Program-made: the position numbers and the translations under genes
The notes under the pieces: model-generated
What the model saw: only the letters and a program-made list of their open reading frames with translations
Database searches by the model: none
What the model was told of the DNA's origin: nothing
Part shown: positions 1 through 11,356 of the stretch, in pieces
How the letters are laid out: each line of letters opens with the position of its first letter
How positions within the stretch are numbered: the first letter of the stretch is position 1
Source: Tubiluchus corallicola
Lineage: Eukaryota > Animalia > Priapulida
NCBI GenBank assembly: GCA_030141605.1
Contig: JAQGDQ010000034.1
Span: 806,001-870,000 of the forward strand
Length of the DNA stretch: 64,000 bases
Direction: 5' to 3'

Positions 1-450
1 GCTGGATCTCAGCTTGTAAAGAATCTGTGTAAAAAGATTCGTAGATAACATTGACAAATAAAGTTTTTTTTATGCACCATGGCCTTTCACAACCTCTTCC
101 AGACCAATGTTAGTTTCTTCGATTCTTCTCAGGGCATTTGAATGTTTGGGTGAAATTGATATTTCCAAGAAACTTTCAGTAGAAAAATCTCTTTAAACAA
201 GACTACACAGTCCGCTATAACTAGAGGAGAGTTTTTGTGGAAAATCTGTAATTCCCTTTTGATTACTATTAGTCGTCATAATAATTGAAAAGCTCCAAAA
301 TATAGTGAATTAACAAAGTAAATTTGCATAAAATTGCAATATTACAACCACATGTTTTGTTAACTGATGTTGTATTTCATCAAGTACAGAGCAAATTCCT
401 ACCGAGATAATTTGATAAACAGCGGCAATTCACAGCTGCCATATTTTTAC

Positions 451-552
451 CTGTCCATCAGCTTGGGGGTCCAGGAATTCTCCTACATTGATCTTGGTGC
501 TAAAACTGAAATTATCCCGACTGATGTCAGTGATGCTGTTCTTATCTAAGTA
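451..552 (-). CDS. BAZ2B: BAZ2 exon, C-terminal half of MBD/TAM domain
   Basis: TTGCAG acceptor and CAG|GTAAAA donor; encodes YLDKNSITDISRDNFSFSTKINVGEFLDPQADGQ. Confidence 0.93.
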
Positions 553-3500
553 CTGCAAAATCAAAATATAAAAACAGAAATGTAAAATAGCAGGTAAAAG
601 ATGCAGCAAAGGTATTCCCTAGTATAATCTAAAGGTATTCCCTAGTATAATCTAAAGGTATTCCCTAGTATAATCTAAAGGTATTCCCTAGTACAATCTT
701 AGAGATAGACTGAGATACAGTTTATTTTAACAATTCCAAATAAGATGTTTTTCTTACATTACACAATAGGTAAGAATAAATGTATGCAATTACCCGTTGG
801 ACTTCGGGATACGTCTTCATTTTTTTACCACACGGAGCAAAATACAGAACCTCTCCTCGCACGCCACTCATGCTTAGAGCTCGAATCTTAGTTTGCCGAC
901 GCCATCTGAAGAGTAAAATAAAAGTCAAATCACTGACATGACAGATAACACAGAACACGATTTTTACAAATTTGTTTAATAACCAAAAGTATCTGGCGAA
1001 CAAAAACATTCCCAAGCTCCAAAGTGTGCCTCAAGATCCGCACGAAAGTCAATAGTCAATAGTTTAATTTTTAACACTCTTTGTTCACATTACTCAACAT
1101 AAAAAGTAGACCTAACACGAAAACTGAAAACTAAATTGATGCAAACAGAGATTTTGAAAGCCTAAAATTGCTTTCTAAGAAAGACTGCTTGCTGAGTCAT
1201 GGTCTCAAAACATCTTGAAAGTTGCAGATTTCGTATAGAACTTCATCTCTTGAACACAAGTTGTGCACAACACTACATAAAGTATAATTTCAGTTCAGAT
1301 GCTCAAATAATCCCTCGATAACTTTCATCAGTCCACCTTTAATAACAACAACAACTTGCCCGTATTCCAAAGGAATCCTGACTTCACGTTCGTCGCGTAA
1401 GATTCGACGTCGTTTCCGCAAAGACGGTGACCCATATTCGGCAGTGCGCTTGAGAGGCGATGATGCTCCATCCTCACTCAAGCGGCTCTGCTGGGACGCG
1501 TTGGCATCTGTGCTGTAACCAGCAGATTCTGCAAGAAAGACAACGGTCAAGAGAAAAAAGCAGAGTCAAACTGCAAGCAAATATAAAAAAAGCATGTTAG
1601 GATGGACTACACTCTGGAAAGGTTTATGTCATGATTGAAAATGAAATTGAATCATTTACGAAGATTACTTATAAGCATTTCCTGGAAGAATTATTTCGTC
1701 ACTTATGGGTAACAATAGTCTCCAAAACGTGTTGCATAGGATGAACATGCTTAAATCATTCCACTGCAGTTTGATATCGCCTCACACGTCAACATCTTAT
1801 ACAATTTATCACAAGTGAAAATCCAACCCTCGGTGGAAAACAGTTTACTTAAGAGGATTGTTATGGATCTTACTGTATAAAAAACTGTCTTCTAACATGA
1901 GACGCCAAACCTACAAAAACGTCTTAACCACGTTCGGACACGCATATATCCTCTGTCAACGATGTAAGTAGCCAGATTCCATATGACGAAAACTGTGCGT
2001 GGTGAGTGTTGAACCTGAAAGTTGCTCATCCCTTCACAAACCTGTCTCAGTGTTGCTTAATTTCTACCTCAATTAGGAAACGGTCATCCCTTCACAAACC
2101 TGTCTCAGTGTTGCTTAACTTCTACCTCAATTAGGAAACGCTCATTTATTGAAGACATTGCATTTGTCGAACACATGAAAGAAAGAAATCATTGCAAAGA
2201 CTGATGTACACTGCTCACTGAAGCCCTAGATGACAGATTAATGAATACCCACCAGATGCGCTATCCTCACTGGTTGAAAGTTGACTTGATGACTGGATTG
2301 TCTCGTGTGCTAAATGTTGCAGCTGTTGCTTACGAGCCGCCGCCATGGCCTTTACCGTCAAGCGACCACCTCGGCCACCACCCTGTAAGTCAGCCAAGTA
2401 AAAATTCATTTCATCTCATAGAAAGAAATGACATAGAGAGAACAGACTCAAGAATGGCAATCAAAGAAGAAAATGGTTGACCCCAGTAGCTTCCCCAATC
2501 ATAAAATATGAACAAATTAAGCTGGCTTGCACTTCATATCATTGAAGACACTTTTTGTCGTACTTACCCGCCCTCTGCCGCGTCCACGGCCCCCGCCACG
2601 CCCCCTTCCTTGTTTCAATATAGAATGCAAGGGGTGCTGCGGCAATTTGATGGCTTCCTTCTGAGATGCAGCAAGTTTTCGAGCTAATTTGAGCTGCTGT
2701 TGCTGCTGCTTCAATTGTGCCTCTAATAAAAACTGCAAAAAAGAGAAAGTAGCATTGTTTAAAATGTTGGAAAACAAAAAATATACCAGCATTTCTAATC
2801 TTTGGTGGAAAACTAATCAAGAATGTATTTCCTTCTTAGAAAAATCTCTAAAGCACAATGAAAATGGATTATTTAAACAAAGTTAAAATCAGGGCTAGTT
2901 CTAGATGATATAGTTAAAGTTATGCAAAACTTCTTACAGAGACGTCTAAATTATATTATGAAGTGAAAAACAATATCTCAATAATTCCAAAGGAAGAAAT
3001 GAGAAAAAGCCAATTTAAAATTGTCAAAAGTCATTAGCAAAACAATGAAATCTAAAAGTTCATGTAAAACATGTTTTAATTTGATGCCATCAGAGTCATG
3101 GAGCTGCCTATTCATATAGGAAAATTGTAAACAAATTACATGTTTTTAAATGAACACTAATAAACCACACCTAGCACCTCCTCTATATCGAATGGACATT
3201 TGGTTGATGCACAGAGCATGTTCACACGACACACCATTCTAGTTTAGTTGTTTAGTTCTTGCAATTAATGATCGAAGACTGAAGAATTCAGTATAAAAAC
3301 TATAAAATTGATACCTTGAGTTCTTCCTGCTTGGCCTTTTGTTCTTCTAGGGAAAGGCTTTGACCAAAATTTGGTTTGCTAATTACTGGGGGTGGCAAGG
3401 CAGGTTTGAGCAGCGACACTGCATTGGTCCCTGATACTAACTTCTTCGACGTCCCACTAGGTGAACTTATCACAGCATTGTCGTCTACTGGCCTTCCTGA

Positions 3501-6500
3501 AATATGTGAAAGTTACATCAGACTCTGTGTCATTGCAGGCAAATCACGATGCCGGTCAAATTCAATTATTAAATCTGAATCTATTCAAATATGCAGCACA
3601 AATGAGTAATGCACAATTATTGAATCGACAATGTTTTACTTTTGCAATTAAGAATATTATTAAATGGCAATATGCATTATCTTTAGTTTCTCCCAAGCAT
3701 GTGCCATCAAATCAAAACACTATAAAAGGCGCAAGCTACTAAAAGAGGTTGCCAATGGAGTTTTTCACCGAGAATGCTAAAAATCTTCATACTCATGTTG
3801 GCTGATGAAATAAACTGAAAAAATTTTGTCGCGTAATTTGAATTTATCTTTTTCACACGAAATTCAAATCGAATAGTGTTGAAAAGAAAACCGTCCGTTA
3901 AAATCAAAATGCAATTGAACACTGAACAATGAAAAAATAGAAATATCAAAATATACTTTTAAATAAAGCTGTAGGATTAGTACTACAAACACGGACCTTT
4001 GAACAATCTCTTGTATTTTAAGTTACTTAATTAAAAACATTTCTGTGATAATTATTTACAATTTGTACTATGATACGAGAAAAAAACAAACAACCAGAGA
4101 CTAGCTCATTAAAAATGCTCACCGTCTTGGTTTTGCTTAGGTGAGATTACGCGAGTTTTCGTAGACAGATCAATTGCGACGTCATTGATCTCCGATGCCG
4201 CTTGAGCTAGAAGACTCGAAGCAGTCAACGACATGTGTGCCGAATGACTAGCCAACATAGATAATGCCGATGAGTGCGACGTTGGAGATGATTGACTGTT
4301 TGCAAATGATGACTGTTTGCTTCCTGACGGAGATAAAGCTGATTGGTTTGTTGCTAAAGTTGATCGAGACGGACTGCTCAGATCGGTAGCTAGCGCAGAT
4401 TCCGTTGTAACTAACGATAACGGTGCTGTATGACTGACAGAAGAAACTGCAGTAGACAACGACGGCAATTCCTGCGATGGCGACGATGACTTGTCATTTC
4501 TGTGCTTCTTCTTCTCCAATGCTTTCCGTTGCTGCTGCTTCAGCTGTTTCTCCTGCTCCAGAAGCGCTTTTTGCCTGGCTTTTAACTGAGCCTTCACCTG
4601 CAAAGTACAAACATCGATTCAACGATTTAGAATCGTAAAGTTTCAAACGACAAACATCTCAGATTATTTTTATTTTTAGTAGATTAAATCCACCCAAAAT
4701 CACTTCCTTCATGTAACATTATAAACTGTTGCCAAGTGCCACCCAAGAACTGTCATTTCACAGATGTTTTCCGTCAACCATTCCATGTAAAAAGTAGATA
4801 CTTGTGTGCTTCGAGGCATTGGATTGTTTTTTGAGTGCCGAGTCCGAGTACATGTATGATAACGCTTGATGGTGTGATTATAACAACCCACAAAAATTAG
4901 CTAGACTGTCCTTGTAAACAATTAACCCCATAATACATGTAACACGTGAGCTGTGGCTAATGGGATTTAACATTATTACTTACATCAGCATCAACTTAGT
5001 ACCAAGTACTTACGTAAAAGCTTGTGGTATGTTAGGAAAATGTTATGCTACACACATCTCACTTATGTGGCTGCTAACGAAGCTCATGTAAAACGATTAA
5101 GTACAAGCAATAACTGCCTGAGAAAAAACAAATGAAATAAACAAAGTACCTCTCTCAATGCTGCATCGTCGTTGTCACTGGAATCTGAACCAGATTCAGA
5201 GCTGACCGAAGAGGCAGAGCTTACAGATTCGGCATCGCTATCCGAAGACGCCTTCTTATCTTTTGATGTTTTCTCCTGCAACAGTGAAATACCGCATGTA
5301 AATTAATGCAAGACAGCCAAAATAAATGTTCCAATAATTAAAGAATTAAAACAAAATACATTGCGTCCGAGGAAACTTAAAAAAAACACGATACACGGCA
5401 AATGAAAAAGGTTTGAAAGAAACAAGAATTCACTCTTTGGCACTATTCCATTCCACTTAGTCTACAAAAAGCTGCAAACTTACATTAAGGCTTTGTTTAG
5501 ACCTTTCTACATGACAAAAAAACATTTAAAAATGCAAAACAGATTACATCTTCATATTCATTTTGACACATAAAAGGAATTTGAACAAGGGCAAAACAGT
5601 TTGAAAAAACGTTTTTAAGATATGAAAGATTAATTTGGGCTTTGTTGGCTACCATGCCTTCAAAACGCAACCAAAAAAATGATGGTAAAGTAAACAAAGA
5701 ACTGCACCATTGAAAACAACATTATGCAACTGCTTTATTTTGACAATTGTTTATTCGAGCAAAGCACACGCACATGTTTATCTGCGGCATATAATTTTTG
5801 CACCTGTGGATGAAAATCAGGGCTAAAAAAACAGCATTGTAGGCAGTGCACTGCAGTCCCTACCTGCACAACCACTCATCGGAATAAAAATTATTAATCA
5901 ACACAAACATTTGAATAATATAACACAAGTCTTGAAAAACATTGACAGCAAGTCACATATTGACATACATAGATTAGCATGGGGTCTATATATTAGGCAT
6001 ATTAAAACCCTCTGGACGTGATAGCCCCCGGGCAACTGCCCAGCATAGCCATTCGTTAAGATGACCCTGCTGAAAACATATTCACCAAGTGGCTTTGTCA
6101 CTTTTTCCTGTACCTAGTATGCTTTGGAGAGCCACATTTATGGTACAAGTATGTTACAGGTTTCTGCAATAAGACGTGAACAACAATCACAGTGCTCTCT
6201 CTCGGCTAGGTGTTTGAAAACAAAGTTATTTCAAGTTAAATTCTCTTAACTTTGTTTTCAAATACCTAGCTATAACCTTACTCTATATGTTCTTTGTACA
6301 GATCTATTTCACTACATCATTGGCTTCCACGTGTACACAAAATTATTGAATTTCTTTACTGTAAGCTTTGCCTATAAAGCTGGTTGCTGTTTGCATAACC
6401 TATCACATTAAAGTTGACTGCTAGGTTTTACACTGGAAACATATGATATGTTGCTAAAAGTAGTTTCTTTCAATAACACTGAGACACTTCAAGTTTATTT

Positions 6501-9500
6501 TATCGAAAATTCTTCCACTAAATCCTTGCCTTGGCGGGACCAGTATAAAACAAGTATTTCACGTCCCAGGTACATTTAATATTCTACATACCTGTAAATC
6601 GGTAGAACTGGATTGTCCTCCAGCAGAATCCGGCTTGAAAAGATCGGCTGCAGACAAAGATTCTGGATGTGAGCTGACACCACCTTCAGCCTTGTTGGCC
6701 AAAGCTGCTGCATTTGACAAGGCCTGTATAGAATGTTCTAGCGACTTCTTGCGATGCACCGATGTCGATGTCATCACTGTGCTTGTCACCGGAGTTGCGT
6801 TGACGACGGTCGTTGTTGCCGTACTCGTCGGTGACATGCTGGTGTGACTGGAGTCATGCTGTGACGACTTGGCAAGATCGTTGACGGAATGTGAGGAGTG
6901 AGCTGTACTGTTCATGCTGCTGCTCTTAGCTATGGATGATAATGTAGCCGATGCTGATGACGTCGACGACGACGACGATGCTTTACCAAGATGGAGATCT
7001 ATGTTTGAAAAAAGGAATTAAGAATAGAAAAATCTTATATTTAGATTACAAACCAAGAAAGCTACTTCTTAACAACAAAACTAAAAAACGAAGAACAGTC
7101 AAAGCAAAAGGCAGAATAGTTTTGACAAAAGAAAAGACCAGTTTCCCCCTGGTTGTTATTTACATATTTTTCTTCCTAAACAAGTTGTATTACAGTTTCA
7201 ACAAAAGATTGCTTTTGAATAGGAACACTGAAACAATTCTGGCTGCACAATTGCATAGTTTTCAACATTAGGTCCACAAACAAATGCACTTTTTTGATGA
7301 ATGAGATTTATTAATGCAATGTATTTCTGTCACTTTTAATGATCATCCTTGGGTGCTTAAAATATAGTAGCCACATTGGGCCTGGTTAGTAACAGGATTA
7401 GTGACAACTAAAAAATTGCTTCGGGTGGCTTTATATGCCACACTGCTTCTAGCTATTTATCTCTTTTAGAGAGTACATATTGTACAAGAACTTGACCAAA
7501 CTAGTCCAACAATTGAAAGTTTAACATCAGAGCGTTACCCTTGATAATAATGAGCAAAAAACATATTTTGGCAAGCAACAACACAATACAAAACTAGGTC
7601 TAGTGGCAATGTCAGATTGTACGTACCAGAGGGTAATAGAGATTGCTGTAACAAGGCATCAAACCCAGACGCATGTGCAACGTCCGATGGTAAAGATGTG
7701 CCAAAACTGGGTAGAAAACCGGCCTGCATCCCAGCTGCAAAATAATCATTAAGTGCTGCCATCCGACGGACGTGTTCCGAGGCATTCAACCACCACATAC
7801 CTCCTCCTATAACAAAGTGCAATTATTACTTAATATGGCGTCATTAGCTTGAAAATAAGACAGTGTCCTTCAGTGACTTGTCATAGTCATAACAGTGAAA
7901 CTTTTGAAGAAGAATACATTTTTAGAGACTTAAAGGGCATTTAGAGCTTTTCCGCTTATTAGTAATGGCATAGGGTAAAAAAGTCCATTGTGAAGATAAA
8001 TAACACCAAGACAGAAAAATACATAATACAGGGTTGTGGTGATACTTCATTGAGAAAAAGCAAATAGAGAGCTTCCACTACAATCACAGATGGTGAGAGC
8101 AGAAAAGATGCCCTTCTACAGTCGTTGGGATCATTGAGCAGAATCATTTGTACTTGGGGTCGCATTCTACAATCACAGACTGTGAAAAATCTACAATCAG
8201 CCTGTGATTTTTTTACAGTCAACGTCGTCGCCAAGACGTACCAAATTTTGAGCCACTTTAGTTTGCAAATGTGTGTTTTGTCTCGTCTCTTGATGTCTGA
8301 AGAATTTAAAATATTCATGCTTTTCAAAAATTTATCCGTAGACTCAGAGATTGTTGTAAATTGTAACCGGCGTGATTCTTTCTAATGTAATCATAGCAGA
8401 AATTCTCTAATGCCTGGTTAGGATATTAGGTACTGAAGCTGATATAGCATGTAGAAAACATGTAGCTTGGCTGAATATTCCAAACTTACAAATATCATCG
8501 AAAATCCAACTTTCACAATAGAAACTGAATTACATGTTTTATCGACACAAGTTTCGTATACAGTACTAAATTGTGGACAGTTAAAACTGTTCAATAAAAA
8601 TGAATTTTATGGGTTCATAAAACTGTACTGCAAAACGTTGAGTAAAATGGCCAAAGAAAATTTGACACCAGGATCTAAACAAGAGAGAATAGAGACTGAG
8701 GTCATACAGAATTTATGAGCTTAGATGGTATCTGACATGTCATTAGACTGCTACAGAACTCTCAACTTACTACAGCATCACACAAAGTAGTAATGCCTGG
8801 GAGGAAGCCAAAAGAAGGATATTTGGATATTCTGAAGAAAGATTTGCTAACATTTTGAAAACAGTTTCTCCAAATGGACTGCCAGTTAATACAATTTCAG
8901 GTGAACGTGTGTCAAGCATAAAGTCATAATGGTGCAATGTACAATTTTACCTGTAGTAGGCGCAGAGTAGTTGAGTGCTGCTAAGGCTGCTGCATAATCT
9001 GCCTGTGACGTAGCAAGCGGAAATCCGGAAAGCGCCGGATGAGCCATGGAGTAAGCACCAGGAAAGTGACCAAATGGTAATCCAGCTGGTGCAGTAGGAA
9101 ACAATCTGTTGTCTAAAATAAATACAAAGTCTTGTTAATTTCACCTGAGTAAGTCTAAAACTAGGTAACAACACTACACTTGTATTATAAATATTAATAA
9201 TTTGTTGTCCCCAATGCCTTACATTTTATATTTGTTCAGATTTTAAGTGTTTAGAAAGAGTTTATACCATGCAGTCAGCTAACATATCTCATTTTTTCTT
9301 CACGTTATCATGAATAATCATTTGCGTATAATTGTTTTATTTTTCTTTTTATATTTTTGTCACTAATATGTATTAAAATGCTTTATTTACGGTGTTTAAC
9401 ATTGCAACAATAAATAATATAACATAGTAACTGCACATGTTCTTCACAATCAATTATAAAGAGGGTGGGGTGAACACAGAGAAACAGGTGAGTGCTTTTG

Positions 9501-11283
9501 TCAGCGTCAACATCAAAGTCTCAAAGTAAAAAAATATTCCAAAATTTAATGTCGTGCATGCAGTTAGTCAAAAAAGATTAGCGTATATATATATAGAAGG
9601 CGTCCAAAAAGAATCTCTGAAAGTCATTAATAGGTGTCAGTACTTTACAACATCGTTGTACGCCGAAGACCATAAAAACTCTAAGATTGGCTCGATGATT
9701 TCTTGCAAGAACTGTCTTAATGAAAAGACTTTGCACAAACAGGAAGATATCTAACTATCAGCAAACTGTATATGAATTATTCTAAGTGTATTAATAATAT
9801 AATAATAATATAAACTTTATTTATTTTGAGTGGGATTTATGCAGGCGTAACCCTCAGACATGTACACATGGTACACTATACAGCATGCTTTTAACAATAT
9901 CCAATACAAACATGTTGTATTGGTAGTTGTTTATAATACTAATGCTGTACAGCCAGTAAACAGGGAGGAACCGCTTGTACAACCGTTCCTTTAACGTTAC
10001 TTAACATTTACCAAACACCATTACCGATATTGTGAGCCGCTTAGTACAAGTATCGATTAAGTAGTCGTATATGTCACGCAGACTATGAAATATAACGCGA
10101 AACGACTTTTTCAACTGTTATATAAATGTTCGAGCAGTTCAGAGAGCTCCATGCTAATATTCAAGCAGTTGAAATTAAGCTTAGTGAAGTTAGACACGCA
10201 CATGTATGCAAAGCGTTGCATGGGGTTTCACACAGTCAACATATAACGCAGCTGCCTGTTTTCAATGTTATTTATAATCACGAGTAAAAAGAGTTATATT
10301 TTATCTCATCCGAGCCTGCTGGCAAATAACCTTGCTGTAGCAGTCGCCAGTAATAGTCTGTATGGTAACTTTAAAAGTTAAGGAGCAAATGCGTATGCGT
10401 TCTCTTTCTTGCAAAAAAGGTGCCGCCATGCGAATCCAGGTAAAAAAGTTACAGATAAAAAAGTTACAGAAAAGAAGTCACAGGAAGAAAGAAATAATCG
10501 TAACCCTAACCCCAATCCTAACCATAGCCAAAATTAATCATGACTCTTTTCTTAGCCAATATTGTGACTTTTTTGTAACTATATTTCCGGTCACAGAGCA
10601 ATCAGAACAATACACTAATAAGTGAAACATTAAGTGAAGTAAATCAAAAATAGAATAATCAACTAAGCATTAAATTGTTTTCTTACATTGCAAGTAAATA
10701 ATTAAACTTTATTAATTATTTATTAAACTATATTTTATTAATTAATTACAAAATAATTACATTGGAAAACAGGAGTGCCAATGTGATAGGTTCGGAAAGA
10801 CGAAGTCTCTCCAGAAATGTTGCGTAAGGCTTAGTTCCGGAATGAAAAACTGAATTGTGACCAAAACTGTTTCCCTGACAAATTTTGCTTTAGGTTCGAC
10901 AAACATAACATTACGCACATAACTAGCCAACTTAAAACAATAATTACAGTGCAAGTAAACACAAAATAGGATCTAAGTACCCCATAGGTGGAATGCATTT
11001 GGATGGAAACGGCACATTTTCAAAACACATATTGTTACAGAAATCATTGGCGTGTAAACTTGGAAGACACAAACAGGTTTTTGACAGAAAATCGTCACAA
11101 GTTTTTTTTCAAGTGCGTTTTTTTCGTAAACGTTCTCGGGGTTTGCTCGAACTACAATTTATAACTAAAGTCAACACAGACTGGAACATTACTAAGACTT
11201 ACTGTAAGTTACAAGTAAAAAAAAACTACAATTGCACTGCCCACATACAACTACAATACTACTACTACTACTTCTACTACTAT

Positions 11284-11356
<73 letters not shown>

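Noticed and set aside
3309-3314. U12-type intron donor (GTATCA)
   Set aside because: Does not match the RTATCCTT consensus; treated as a normal U2 donor
2241-6847. Plus-strand ORFs at 2241, 2689, 3376, 3461 and 6635
   Set aside because: Antisense shadows of BAZ2 exons
10501-10523. Interstitial telomere
   Set aside because: Only a few degenerate TAACCC units, always inside the same short dispersed element
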